64,000 bases of DNA from Eledone cirrhosa (Eukaryota). The position numbers and the translations under genes were made by a program. Numbering within the stretch: position 1 is the first letter of the stretch; every line of letters starts with the position of its first letter. This document shows, piece by piece, positions 38,920 through 55,267 of the stretch. The notes under the pieces are model-generated. The model saw only the letters and a list, made by a program, of their open reading frames with translations, ran no database searches and was not told where the DNA came from. Where the stretch lies: NCBI GenBank assembly GCA_964016885.1, contig OZ024743.1:289354001-289418000 (forward strand), given 5' to 3'.

Positions 38920-41420
38920 CTTTGATAACTTTGATAGGTTTCGGCCAGTATTGGCCCAGGCCATGTCTAACTTAATAGCACCACCTGGCGAAGTCTTTCA
39001 AATCAGGATTTGGGCACCATGGCCCACTCAAGTAGAGAGTTATTGTTTACAGAGGCATATCCGGGTGTAGGAGGCTTATCAGGGATTTCTTGAAGGAATT
39101 TGTCCAAAGACTTCTTGAATATGATGGGTCTGTTTCTGTTTTAATGTGTTTTAGTGTAATGTAAAAGAAAGCGGTGCCAATTGAGGTGAAATAATTGTGC
39201 CGTATTGTTGTTATGAGATGCGAGTGAGATTGTTGTCGTGGGGGGATAGAACGGGGACCAAGGCTTGGGTGTACATTAAAGGTGAGGCCAACATCATTTG
39301 CGCAAAGCTGATGGAATATTTTCCACATCACGCAGATAATGTAGCGCTCACGGCGATGCTGGAAGCGATAAAGGCCTGTCAAAATCTATCTTTTATGTAA
39401 TCGATCTTTGGGGTGCTTCAACTTTCATGATACTTTTGTACGTGTGGGGAGACCACAGTGGACAACAGTATTCAAGGTGGGGTCGGGCAAAAGTGGAGAA
39501 GAGAAGGATAACAGTGTAGGTATCTCTCGACTGGAAGGTTCTGAGAATCCAGGAACACATTCTGCGGGCCATGTCAACTTTGCTGTTTATATGAGTGGCC
39601 CAGCTTATGTTGTTTTCCACAATTACTCCAAGTTCTCTGATGTTGTTGGATGCCATGAGAGTTTCACCCGAAGGAAGACGGTATGGTAGTTTCAGGGCAT
39701 CCTTTTTTCCAAAGAGTATTAATTCAAACTTATCCTCATTCAACAGCATATTGTTCTTTTCTACCCATTGGATAACAGCCAGTAAGTCTGACTGAAGGCA
39801 GGTCCGGTCATCCACCTCATTGATGACACTTTCGAGCTTCGAATCATCTGCGAAGATTCTTATGCTGCTGTGCTTGATGTTGTCATTAATGTAGATGAAA
39901 GAAGTGAGCCCAACACAGGGACGCCACTGCTGACTTTGGCAGGGCTTGATTTTACTCCTTCGACTACAACATGCTGGGTTCTGTCTGTCAGGAAACATTT
40001 GATCCACTGTAGTAACTTTGCAGAGACACCAATATTGGATAGTTTTTTCAGTAAACAATCTTATGATCAAGCCTGTCAAAGGCTTTGCTGAAATCAAGGT
40101 AGATGACATCAGTGTTGGAGCCCTCTTCTAAGGCTCTCAAAACATCGTCAAAGTGATGCAGGAGCTGCGTTAGGCTGTCCCTTCCATTACGGAACCCATA
40201 TTGGTTGGAGTTCAGCAGTCCGTTGCTTTCAAGAAAGTGGGGTTTTCGTGATCTCACCACCTCAAATACCTTGATGAAATGAGAAGTGAGTGAGATCGGA
40301 GGGTAGTTCTCTGCAAGAGACTTATTTCCCTTTTTGAAGCCTGGGACAACGGACTGGGACAGAAAGTTTTCAGGAATATAGCCAGTATCCAGTGAGTTCC
40401 TCCACAGATTAGCAAGAGGAGATTCAAGTTGGTGTCGACATACCTTCAGGACACAAGCAGGGAACCTGTCGGGGCCTACTACTGAATTGTGTTTAATTTC
40501 GTTTATTGTCACTAAGTCATGAGGGGCGCCAAACGTTATGTCCGATATAGTGTTTTGGGTATTAACATCACTGATACAGCCCAGACCGATCATATCAGGA
40601 TTGCTGAAAACAGAGCAGTATTGTTTCTACAATATCTCGCCCATGGTTTTGGCATTATCTTGGAGTGTGCCATTTTCATCAACTAGAGGGCCAACAGTGG
40701 AGACGGTGACCTTGTGTTTTTAGCAAATGAAAAGAGAACACTTTGGGGTTGAGTTTGATTTTCTCAATGGTCTACCTCTTTCAGCTGTTCTCTGGTTATT
40801 GATGATGGTCTTCATGCATTTTTGGAGGTGGTATTTATTTGATTCAAGCAGAGCGATAGCAGTCGAATGTGTGTGTTGCTGTTGACAGTATTTTAGTGTG
40901 TTAATTTTTTTGTTTGTTCTTTTTATTTTTCTGAAAAATGTTTTTCTGTTTTAGGGGATACTGCACTTAGTTTTGTTCACAGATTTTGGTGGGGTGTGTT
41001 TTGAACATATATTTGTGATAGTGTCTACAAAGTTCTGCCAAGATGTTATGATTTTGGTGGAAATGTGTGCATGTGTAAAAGACCAGTCAACATGTGATAG
41101 TTCGTTCATAATTGCATCCCAGTTGGCATTATAGAGATCCATGTTATCAAATGTGTGGGCTGGAAAGAGGTCCCTAGGATTAGCTTTCGGCTGGTGGAAT
41201 CTCAGGCTACAAAGCACCATGTCATGGTCTGAGAGAAAGGTTTTTTCTACTGTAATATTATGTATAGTGTTAGTGTTAGTGTGGTTACTAAACACTAGAT
41301 CCAGATTGTCCCAAGTACAAGGACAATTTGGGACAAGAAAAACTCATTCATAAAGTCGAGAAGTGACTCGACTGCTTCTTTGTCAGTGGTTGAGGTTGGA
41401 GTGCCTGGTTTCAAACTGTT
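38920..41420 (-). mobile_element. CR1-group LINE, 5'-truncated and decayed, between two (TA)n tracts
   Basis: LDLVFSN..LSDH (APE end), NQYGFR.GR, DVIYLDFSKAFD, IFADDSKL, RPHLEYCCPLWSPH; short ATCAAAGT-repeat tail. Confidence 0.88.
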
Positions 41421-41518
<98 letters not shown>

Positions 41519-41844
41519 CATGGTGGCTGCTAACTCGTTTTCGAGTATGTCCATTACTTTATATCCATGTTGGAGAACCCCTACCGATGCGCTGAACGAG
41601 TGTGACTTTTTAGTCCAGCCAGCGACTTGAAAACTCTGGTACAAACACAACACTTGTGACAATTATTGACACATAGTGCTCGGCCCATGGTACCATGTGA
41701 CGACAAGTGCAGAGAGATCTCTAGATATAAAGCAATGCCTGTGCCGTGAAGCTTTTATAGTGAGCAAAGGCACTGCACAAAGCCAGTCCCACTCTCTTAA
41801 CCAAGATGATATTTACCATATCATATATATATATGTACAGTATA

Positions 41845-41912
<68 letters not shown>

Positions 41913-42111
41913 GAGAGAGATTTATACACAATGTTTTGTAGGCGAAAGAGCTGGGGAGAATGCAACATATGTAGAAATAAAATATATCCCAAGGAAAATA
42001 TGGTGGTGTTCTGTGAGATTATGTGTCGTTTACCAAAAACAGTTTAATATAGTTTCTTGACAACTTCTTATTAAAGTTATGTGTGCAGATTTTCCTTACC
42101 ATATTGTTACG

Positions 42112-42990
42112 TCTTCTTCTTCTTCTTCTTCTTTTTCTTCTTCTTCTTCTTCTTCTGCTCGTGGTCTAAACTCGTATTTCCTACCAGTTGGTTTTGCCCG
42201 TAAAACCAGTTCAGCGGTTCTTTCCTTGGATTTTCTAACCACATGTCCGTATTATCGCAGCTGTAATCTCTCAGTTTGGGGGAAGTAATGACTCTACCTT
42301 GAGTAACTCTCTCATCTCTGAGCTATGCAATCTATAGAGTAATGTTAATCCCGATATCTTTAGGGGGAACCCCATTCCGGCTGCTTGTATTCGCAATCGT
42401 ATTCTTTCGGTCATTACCAAGATTCATGACCATAGGTAAGGCTTGAAGATAGCAAGTTTGGCTTTTATCCCTACTTCCATTTTTATGATGTCCGAATGCT
42501 GAATCTAATGCATCACTGCACAAGCTCATGCAATTATTGTACTTAATTCAGCTTCCTGCGTTCCATCACTCATGAACACTGCTCCGAAATATTTGAAATT
42601 CTTCATCTGCTTCAGTGTAACTCCACTCATCTAGACTGCACGTGAGAGGACGATTCTTCGCAGCTCTGCTTTTTAATTCCTGCAGCAAACCGATCGAGTC
42701 GAGTGCATGTGGGCCATCACCGTCTGACGAGATAAATAATATCCTGTCCGACACACACTTTGAATAGTTTCGACTTATTAGCGAACACAAATACCATGGG
42801 TTTCATAGAGACATGATGGGAACTAGAAGTTGTTCATTGATCCCATACCACTACAGAATCCTCCATAGTAGGTCACATGGAATGCAGTCATATCCCTTTG
42901 CAATGTCTTTGAAACAAATATACAACTTTTGGCAATACTCGCACGATTTCTTAAAAACGTGCAACAGTGTGAATAATTCTTCAATGTTCT
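42112..42990 (-). mobile_element. RTE-clade LINE fragment with (AAG)n tail
   Basis: FKDIAKGYDCIP, LTYGHESW, IQAAEMG, LR*YGHVVR..ERT; poly-GAA tail at 42112-42155. Confidence 0.8.
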
Positions 42991-43404
42991 GTGATAGGGT
43001 TAACGGTTTGATATTTTGATTTGGATTCATATACATTAGAACGACCTCGTTATTTTTGTTTTCACATGGTAATGAATTACGCTATGAAACGTTGAACCGA
43101 TGAAAACCGTAATATAGCAATATTTAGAAGGCATCTGAAAACAGTTATATTGTAGTTCTCATCGTTTCATCAAGTAATTTATTCATTATTCTGCCTTCAT
43201 TGGGCGATTTGGCGATTGTATCTAGGTTTCCAAAATGAAAAAATAAAAACCTTAATAAAACGTCATTTAGAAACCGTCAAATAAAATTATAAACTCGCTC
43301 ATATGCAAAGAAAACCAGTTTGAAATTCATGAATAAATAAATTGGCCTAATGTTTGCAGTAATTTGAAACAGGAGTTGCGAAGTTAGAACTCAGTTTAAG
43401 TTTA

Positions 43405-43484
<80 letters not shown>

Positions 43485-43973
43485 TATGCATATACAGGAG
43501 CTATGTCCGCGTAATGCACACAACAAAAGAGAAAAGAGTGATAAAAAAAAACAATGTAAGTAGTGGAAGTGAAGACGAGAAGCAGAGGCGTACATAGAAT
43601 AGGGCCTGTAAGAAACGAACATATATTGGGTAATGAGCAAGAATAGTAGGTTAGAGGGGTACATATATTGACACAGTTAATTCCAGTGCCTTCCAGATGA
43701 GATCTTCGCTGAAGGTGTTAAGACATACGTCGAATTGACAAGATGGCGGTTTTCTAAAGAGCTTAAATTTCATCCCCAGCGGAGAGTCAACGAAGTGTTT
43801 TAATTGGTCAATCATTTCAGCTGTTTAGAGATATTCCGCCTTCCATATGTATGCCTATGTGAATATGAATGGGTGGGTCAGCAAAATTTGAGACGAGGCG
43901 GGATGTATGTAGATGGTGTATATGTGTGTCACTACGAGACGACATGTCTATGTGTGTCTGTATATATATATAT

Positions 43974-44010
<37 letters not shown>

Positions 44011-44051
44011 GTGTGGGGGGGGGGGGGGATTTTGACGTGATTGTCATTAGA

Positions 44052-44127
44052 GGTCGTCGTTTATCTCAGTCAGTAGAACAGTTAGCCGGTATCTGAAAAG
44101 ATGGAGTTCGATTCTCCGTGGGGTCGC
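44052..44127 (+). mobile_element. tRNA-like SINE head or tRNA pseudogene
   Basis: TATCTCAGTCAGTAGA (A box) and GAGTTCGATTC (B box) at tRNA spacing, without a clean cloverleaf. Confidence 0.55.
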
Positions 44128-45093
44128 TGGCCTCATTTTGCCGTTTATGGTTGTATTTTAACCGAATTCTTAAGCTACAATTTATGGCAACAAATTGTAT
44201 TTGCCGTTATTTTTCTGACTTTCTTACATTTTCTATGACATACATATTGGCTAAGCGCTTCAGGTTCAATGCTTTACATTGTTTTTATATGTCCGACGCT
44301 GTAACCCCGGGGTCGAAACTGCCAATGTCCTTCTCAACGACCGATGACCATAGAGTATGTGTCCTTCGTTTGTATTGGTTTCTGTTTGTTGTCTTTTCCC
44401 CTCTTTGTTAATTTTCTTAAGTTTCTAAAAAGCCGGTTAAATGCGTAGAAAATACGAAGGGTTAATGATGGTAAATGAACCAAAACAAAACGAAATAAAA
44501 TAATGTTTTACCCAGCAAATTCAGACATGATATTTCAGGGCTTCACACACAAGGTTAAACAGTTCAAGATAAAATAAACGAACGATTATATATATATACA
44601 TAAATTACACAGCCCAAGTGAAATCAAGAGAAAAATTAAAGAAAATAATTTTATTGATAAATTCCAACCCAAGCTAAATGAACAATAATAATGCTTAGGG
44701 GTATTACTCCTACTATGACTACGCCTACGACCATGTCAACTACCACCACTAACAGCAACAACAACAATAATAATAATAAAAGTGATGCTGATGGTGATTA
44801 TTACTGAAGACTTTTTATAAAAACCCTAGAAAATGCTATTTTCATCATTTCTAAAAATAGCAAAACAATTGCTGCTTTGGATAGGGTAAAATAGAAATCG
44901 TTAGACATGCTCAACCAACCCTGACGCCTAAACCAATGAGCTTTAGTAATCCAGTGAAACTTCACACCGATTGGTCGAAATACAGTTTGCAAAACTTAGC
45001 ATTCTGTAGCCGTTTTTCACTGTATATAAGTAACAACATTTCCCCATCTCATTACAGTTAAAAATTGTAAAAATTGATTGTCACCACAGAATA

Positions 45094-45132
45094 TGAACCT
45101 GAAGATTGCGAAAGCATGAAAGTACTTGTTCA
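45094..45132 (+). ncRNA. Minimal type I hammerhead (Penelope-type, palindromic GUAC loop in place of stem III)
   Basis: TGAAC-CTGAAGA-TTGCGAAAGCAT-GAAA-GTAC-TT-GTTCA; stem I TGAAC/GTTCA; first stem II pair is a U-U mismatch. Confidence 0.7.
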
Positions 45133-45938
45133 ATTAACAGTTAACATTTAATATTCTACCATACTATTTCATTATAATATCATTATAATTTTAAAGGATT
45201 GTAAATAAAACGAGTAAATCAGACAAAGTTGGAATTCCTTTTATTAATATATATATATATAATGGGGGGAGGGGCGTGTATATATACACACACATATATA
45301 TATATATTATATATAAGCATTATATGGTTGTAGGTGTGTGTATGAGTGAGCGCATCTGTGTGTGCGTGTGTGCATGTGGGTGCATACATATATGTAAGTG
45401 TGTAAACGTATGAATCTATTTGTGTATCTATGTAAGCATGTATGTATGTATGCTTGTATATAAGTACGTATGTGTGTATATGTGTGTCTGTTGTGTGTGC
45501 CTGTGTGTGTGTGTGTGTGTGCGCGCGTGCGTGTTTGTTTTTGTGTCTACGTTGCTGATGAATTTCTTTTTGTTGACCCGGATGTAATTAATAAATAGTT
45601 TGCATTTATTTGATTAAAAGTTGTAACGTTTGAACTACATGTAACATTGCAAGATAGGGAAGTGAAGTAAGGCAGTGTTGCTTAGTATGCAGAGTCTCAG
45701 AGAAATAGTTGATGGTTGAGGTTGGAATTGATTACGTTTTGTTGGTTTGGGAACTAGGCGGGAAGGAAGGAATTAGCGCTATTCAAGACAGAAAGAAGTT
45801 AGACATTGAGACGACACTAGATTTAGTTTCGTGTGTAATAATACATGAGGCCACACACGTACACACAGGCGCGCGCGTGTGTGTGTACGTGTTTATACAT
45901 GCACACATATATGTGTGCATATGTAAGCCTTTATACGA

Positions 45939-46040
<102 letters not shown>

Positions 46041-46142
46041 ATATCTGTTTCAACAAACGATTTCACATCAAGAATCTTGCATAACAAACACATAAACGTA
46101 TATGTATATATGTATGTATGCATATATATATATATATGTATG

Positions 46143-46224
<82 letters not shown>

Positions 46225-46650
46225 ATGTGTGTGCGTGTGTGTGTTTGTGTGCGCGTATGTGTGTGTGTATGCATATAAACATATATGCATACACGCACAC
46301 ACGCGCATACAATCATATATATATATATACATTTATGTATTTCTTTTACAAGATACTCGAAGAGAAATCGAGCGTTCAAACAGATATTGTTATATCTGGA
46401 GATTAAGATAAAAAAAAGAAGAGAATCAAAGAAGATGAACAAATATCACTGAGGAAGTTACAGAACGTGAGACAAAATATTCGTTGATATAAATTCCCCC
46501 TTTGATAATGCATAAAATGCTGAAACCGGTAATAGCAAATTATTAAATATATAAATAAATAAATAAATGCCATTGTTAATTAATAAATAAATTAACTAAT
46601 ACCTTAACACTTCACACAAAGTAAAATATTTTGTTTTAAATATTTTCTAA

Positions 46651-48133
<1,483 letters not shown>

Positions 48134-48573
48134 TACATAAATACGCATATAAATAGACATGCACACAAATACACACACATGCATACGCGCACACATGCAT
48201 ACACATATATGGCAGAAAGAGGGAAGACGTTATTATGTGCTGGTGAGGCACAGTGAGAGGGGTAAAATAGAGTAAGATCCTCGACAGCCCTGCCTTTATC
48301 ATTAGTAATATACCAAGATGTCTTTGATGTAAAAGGAGGCAGTTTTATGGTAAACTGACAAGAAATTGATATTTCAATGAGACAAAACCTCTCACACAAT
48401 AGTCAACAACAACGACCCCATATAACATACTTAAACAATGGTAAAAAATGGGTTAGAACTCAAGGAATATAATATAGATATAAATATGTATCTTTTGCAA
48501 TGTATATGAATATATATATAAATACATATATATACACAAACACACACACACATATATATAGAGAGAGATAAAT

Positions 48574-48617
<44 letters not shown>

Positions 48618-48648
48618 CGAGAGAGAGAGGGAGAGAGAGAGAGGGGGA

Positions 48649-48686
<38 letters not shown>

Positions 48687-48784
48687 GAGTGTTAGAAACT
48701 TCAACGTTCTTAGACTAAGGAAAAATAAGTCTATTAAATTGAGCATAAAAACTTTGGAGAGGGAAAGATTTTGTACTGGTGTAT

Positions 48785-48834
<50 letters not shown>

Positions 48835-48961
48835 GCACGTATATCTAATAAACATGCATACATATATACACACGTATATACACACATAAATGCGCATATA
48901 TAAATGCGACAAAGCATCACATATCTGACATACGAATTTGAAATAAATCAAATTAGATAAT

Positions 48962-49146
48962 TGTTTCTACTTTAGGCACAAGGCCAGCAATTACCCAGTG
49001 CATTACTGGTACTTTATTTTATCGACCCCGTGAGGATGAAAGGCAAAGTCAACCTCAGCGGGATTTGAACTCAGATCATAAAGGGACGTAACTATGCTGG
49101 AAAGCATGGCGTCCGACCCTCTACCGATACTGCCAATCCACCGCCG
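48962..49146 (-). mobile_element. tRNA-derived SINE, copy 3, with an 18-bp TSD
   Basis: Reverse complement of copies 1 and 2; TAAATCAAATTAGATAAT duplicated at 48944-48961 and 49147-49164. Confidence 0.95.
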
Positions 49147-49348
49147 TAAATCAAATTAGATAATGTAGGAAATTACTAGATAAATTCGGTTGGCTGATAT
49201 TTAAAATGTAAATATAACAATGAATTGAGATAATAGCAATAAATTCACTTCATTTTCAAAATGGATTGTAATACAACTGATGTTTTGATTTTATTAATAA
49301 TCATTAATTAAAATACAAACATGTTTAGAAATTGTCTGTGCTCTCATG

Positions 49349-49380
<32 letters not shown>

Positions 49381-49426
49381 AAATAAAATAAATAAGTCAA
49401 ATGTTTAAAATGTAGCTTCGTTTATT

Positions 49427-49481
49427 ACTGCTATATATATTTCGGTGACAGCCATCTTTGGCTGTGACCTCTTCAGGCAGT
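49427..49481 (-). ncRNA. Minimal type I hammerhead ribozyme in a probable Penelope pLTR remnant
   Basis: ACTGC-CTGAAGA-GGTCACAGCCAAAGATGGCTGTCACC-GAAA-TATATA-TA-GCAGT followed by AATAAA. Confidence 0.85.
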
Positions 49482-50339
49482 CCGAATTAGTGTGGTATAG
49501 ACAAGTACATATGTTGTTGAGGTGTATAACTTTGTCAATACTCTGATATGCCCAGTTCCTCGTTTGTTATGAATTCAAACAAACGAATTTCAGTGCCAAA
49601 GGGCCTCTTCTCCTCCCATTGGTCAGTTGTTAGAACATTCCTCATTCAAAAGTCTATAGAAATTCGTTCTGAGGAAAGCCAATCTGTAGTTGTTGTTCTT
49701 GTTATTGAGACCTCTCTTCTTGTGTTGGTAGTGTTGTTATTGTTGGAGTTAGCTAAACAAAAATTGATAACGTGGTAGAAGGAATAAGATGGTAAAGGAA
49801 CAAAATAACAAAAAAATGTCAAACTTCGCATTGGTCAGATTTGAGAGCATTCCTCATTCCAAAGTCTATAGAAATTCTTTCTGGGGTGAGGCTCCCTGTA
49901 GTGTTTGTGTTTGCTATTGTTAAGTACATCTGGCCTCTATCCTTATTTTGGTAGTGTTGTTGGTGTTTTCGTCAGCGTATGTCTTGCTGCTGCTGACAAT
50001 TTAGACATATACTCAAAATTTATATATATATATATATTTATCTCCTGTTGTTGAATTCTATGTAGGAAAATCTACTAGAATATAGCCAAATGTGCTCTGG
50101 GTGGAAGAATTATAAAAAGAAGGAACTGGATTACAGATAGAACATGTGATGTTATATATATATAAAATGTGAAATGTTTAGTGTTGGAGAATGAAGTTAC
50201 ACCCTAAATTGAAAATACATAACTAAACCTTGGAATCTCAACAGAAAAGTGAATAGGTTTTCAAGTAGAGTCCAATAAGATTCGTGGATGTAAAATGTGA
50301 GGAAGCAGATGAATCGCCCAATGCAGGATACGTTAGAGG

Positions 50340-50398
<59 letters not shown>

Positions 50399-50407
50399 CA
50401 ACTTTTG

Positions 50408-50468
50408 TATTTTATCTGATGAGAGCGTGCCAACATTTTGGTATCCTTGAAATATATATAATAAAATA
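50408..50468 (+). ncRNA. Minimal type I hammerhead ribozyme
   Basis: TATTTTAT-CTGATGA-GAGCGTGCCAACATTTTGGTATCCTT-GAAA-TATATA-TA-ATAAAATA; 8-bp stem I. Confidence 0.8.
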
Positions 50469-50601
50469 TATATGATTTTATAAAGATAGTTTCCATTTAT
50501 TAATATTATTGATATTGTACTCCTGAAGAAATGTGTAGAGTGCTTCGAATCTGTTATAAATAAATTTGTTGTATAACCAACAAATTAAATAACTCATTTC
50601 T

Positions 50602-50660
<59 letters not shown>

Positions 50661-50818
50661 TGTTATACTTGGGGAGGGTCATATTGATGTAATAATATTG
50701 CCAGAACACACTCACTGTTTGGTTGGTTTTCGCTTCTGTATCTTTTATATCTCCATAGTTAAGTCATCTGGCAATCAATGTTTATCATTGATTGACCAAC
50801 GGTTGAAAATACAGATAT
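50661..50818. mobile_element. LTR-end-like interspersed repeat fragment (TGTTAT terminus)
   Basis: TGTTATACTTGGGGAGGGTCATATTG...; homologous copies start at the same TG at 62628 and 62217. Confidence 0.55.
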
Positions 50819-50994
50819 ATATATATATATATATAGTCTATCAAAGTTCTTTCGTTGCACATCTGCAACATCATCAGTGGTACTATTATTATGTTCCTTC
50901 TTATTGTATTGTACACCATTTTTATTTTATTTATTTATTTATTTATATCTTCTTGTCTCCGTCTCTGCGCATGCGTTTGCGTGTGTGTATGATG

Positions 50995-51072
<78 letters not shown>

Positions 51073-51699
51073 AGGAGGTTTCCAAATTTGAATGTTTTGT
51101 GTGGTGTTCAGTGTTTTCTTTATATATATATATATATACACACACTGATAAAGAGAAAATGAGGTTACAGATTGAGTAAATAGATCAAATAGTCTACTTG
51201 AGTCTACAATCAATGGAAAATGAATAATATCTCATATAAACAAGGAAGTTATTTTATGGGAAGCAAGTGAAAATTCAAGAACGAAGCGAGGATCTGAAAT
51301 CAGCATAATTCATATAAAAATAAAAATAAACGGAAATTCTCTTGGTGTATTTAGAATTACATGAGACAAACTGAAAGCAGATATGCATTCATTGCATGCG
51401 CATTGTCAAAGCTGCATATGGTATATTTAACAAATATGAGAGGGATGAAATATTTATACCATATACGAAAGAAGAAGGGTCTCAGGAAGTCTAGTGATTA
51501 GAGGGGCCAAAACACTGAGCAGCAAGACGTTATTTTCTTAAATATTGAATTGCATGTATATTGCAGTGCTAAGGTTATTGACGGATGAACAAGCAAGCTT
51601 CAAATTGTTTTTGCTCGGACATATATAAATGAATTCTTCAAATTCATGCAGATTTCGATAAAGACTCTTTGTGGATTTGGAAAGTTTTTTAATTTTCTG

Positions 51700-52540
51700 T
51701 ATTGATTTACAGATTGCAAGGTATTAATGAGGTGTAATGTGACGTTCAACTCCACTAAGGGTGCGTACCTCTCCTGTATATAATCCTCATTGACAGGATT
51801 GACATGCACAGCAGGGTTGGAAGTGGTATCAAGACTAGCGGGTATAGGATCAGTCAGTGGGAATTTGCGGACGAGATGATATTAGTTTACTCGTCAGATG
51901 ATCGCCTACAAGCGATTGATAGGTTTGCTGTTGAGTGTTGCACTGCAGGAATTAAAATCAGGGCTGCGATGTCTGAGATGCTCGTCCGATTTAGGAAGCT
52001 TGCGTGGTGCCCACTACTTGTGAGTGAAGTTTCACTGAAGCATTTGGAGATGTTCTCGGGCCATGTTTCCAAGTGATGGAAGGCAGGGGCTGAATTACGT
52101 ACAAGAATTGCAGGATTTGGTGCAGTAATATGCTAGCTACAACATTCATTCATCAGGAGTGAGGTAGGTGTAAAAGCCAAACTCACTATTTTCAATTTGG
52201 ATTTGTCCTGCTCTTACCTATGTTCATGAATCTTGTGTAATGACTAAAAATGTACAATCTCGAATAAAAGCGGCCGTAATGTGATCCTCCAAAGGGTTTT
52301 AGAGCAACATTACTCGATAGAGTGTGTAACTCGGAGATCAGAAAGTCGCTTTCTGTAGAACCGTTACCTCTCCTAATTGAAAGATCACATCTCCGATACG
52401 GGTATATGGTTAGAATATCTCAGGTTAGAATTCCTTGATAGATTTTACTGGTAAAACCTACAACAAAAGACCCAGGTCTAGATCCCGAGCAAGTTGGTTG
52501 GATAGCATACATGATCTCGGATGGTTTCAGTTGTAGTTCA
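51700..52540 (+). mobile_element. RTE-clade LINE fragment, decayed
   Basis: LRVRTSP-like GCVLSP remnant, EFADEMIL, DRFAVECCTAGIKI, LTYVHESCVMT..VQSRIKAA, RPRSRSRASWLD. Confidence 0.75.
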
Positions 52541-52853
52541 AGCCGCATCAATTGGAGACGGTTGCTCCTTAGGGGACCCTTTGGAATGCATGCCTACGTA
52601 CTCAGTCCTTACGAACCTCCCAGGAATAAGTGGAAGAAGAAGTGAGAGTGTACATATGTCACTATTTCGTGTTGAATCTCGTTGAGAATGCTCACCCATG
52701 TGCGCGTTAATTTCACAAGCAGGTTGTTCCGTAGGGAACTGACGAAGATCCAACACATACCTACACTCATACATACACATACACACGTCAAGGGCACATC
52801 TCTTTTTCCGAATCGGAACATAGCCAATTACTTTCAGAGGAAGAAATAGAGTG

Positions 52854-52904
<51 letters not shown>

Positions 52905-54018
52905 CTGTGAACCAGCCTCAGTAATTGAATTAACTTGAATTTATTTATCAACCACATAATGATGAAAAGCAAAGTTAACCTCGGCTGGATTTGAACTAGA
53001 GGGAATTGAGGTGCAACAAATATCGAGGCATTTTCAAACCAACGCTTTAGAGATTCTGTCACTGCGCTGTCTTTGTGTGTATAGTAGTGTAAAGAAAAGG
53101 TTAGTATATATAGCAAGATGTTCGTTCGTGTCACTTGATGTCATCTTACGGTGATTGAGGTTATAATGTCGTACGTAGAGATGTTCGAACGTGTTGGGTT
53201 TGCATAAAGACTTGTAGTTGTTGTTATTATTATTATTGTCGTTGTTTTTGTTGTTGTTATAATTATTTTTGTTAGTGTTTGTGGAGCTGGTGGAGGTGGG
53301 TTTACGTCTAAGAAATTTGTGATGATGGAAGGTTTACCAAAGACGCATTACTTATTTATTTATATATATATTTATTCTATATGGATGTTCTGATGTCCAG
53401 AGTATTTAACTCACAGCACAATGACTGTCCATCAAACAAGTTTCTCTTCCCATTCCCCTATCTCTGTCTACTTTCTTTCTCTTGTTAATAGTACTTTGTC
53501 TTTTATTATTGCTTTACTTGACGTTGTTATTATAAATGCTATGTCATGCCATTCTAGTCGATATTTTATTTGTTGTTGCTCTTTTAAACGATGTGTAAAC
53601 CACACGTACATATATGCGTATGTATATATTTATACAAATGTGTATATATATATACATACGTATATGCGTATGTATATATATATAAATGTGTGTGTATATA
53701 TATATATATACTAGTGTCACCCGGAAATTATTCTGATTACGCTTGCCACTCTCCGTAATAGAAATTAAATACATAAAACCATTCAAGTATATTGATAAAT
53801 GTAAATAAATGCACTTCCATGTCTGTAATTATAATATAATATATATAACATAATGGTTCCTTAAAATGATTCATTCTATGGAACACGCTCAAACACTATA
53901 AAAATAGAAATAGAACAAAGAGCCATTTATCTGTGAAACACATGTAATGGTCGATATACAATAAAAAACATTTCAAGATGAAATTTCATTTTATCATACT
54001 GCATATGTAGCATCGACT

Positions 54019-54430
<412 letters not shown>

Positions 54431-54568
54431 TATATACACACGAGTGTGTGTATGCGTGAAGGCGCATTGCTTAGTGATTAGAGTGTAGGGCTTAAAATCG
54501 TGAGGTTGCAAATCACCAGGTGTAAATCCCATGGTTATTCGTAGCAAAAGGTGGTCATTAACCTTTAT

Positions 54569-54623
<55 letters not shown>

Positions 54624-54624
<1 letters not shown>

Positions 54625-55267
54625 TAGCCGAATTAGCCGTGCCTTGCTGCGTTTCGCACATTTCTTTGTAAGAAAATGATGATTGATTTTGTAAGAAAAT
54701 GATGATTGATATAAATTATGGAGAAAAACTCTGCATCTCAATATTACTCAATGTAAAATGTAATGCATGAAAACTTGGAAAACATTATTTTTTGTAATAT
54801 ATCAAATCAAAATTACAATATTAAATCTTATTCTTATTTTGATTCTTGTAAATAATTTTTTTCAAAATATCAATTCAAAACTTTTGTGAATAGGCATCAT
54901 ATCTTGTCATTTACCTATGGTTTAAATATCATATAAATCGAAGAGAAAACATTTTCAGCGGTGGTTTGTGTCCACGGGGAACCCTAATAGGGGGTTTAAC
55001 ACCCATTAATGTGTCTTAACATTATTGAAATTTGCTGAAATTTTGTGAATAGGCATCATATCTTGGTATTTGCCTATACATCGAAGGGAAAAAATTTCAG
55101 CGGGGGTTTGTGACCCGAGGAACCCTTTGATTAAAATGAGATATACTTATCCAAGTACCCCGGGCAATGTAGTTTCAGAATATATATGGTTATGGAGGTC
55201 TATCTCCAAAATCATAGAAGTTCGCGAACAAACAAACAGACAGGAACTACAAGTTTATATATATAGC
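54624..55267 (-). mobile_element. Non-autonomous Helitron-like element
   Basis: Minus strand starts CTATATATATAAAC..CTGTCTGTTTGTTT and ends in a GC-rich stretch plus CTAG (GCAAGGCACGGCTAATTCGGCTAG); internal direct repeat ~54880-54990 / ~55040-55130. Confidence 0.65.

Noticed and set aside
44326-44465. piggyBac-like end (AGGG-TTAA) and a GGGGTCGAAACTGCCA motif shared with ~56038
   Set aside because: No matching opposite TIR was found and the similarity is too short to support a call.
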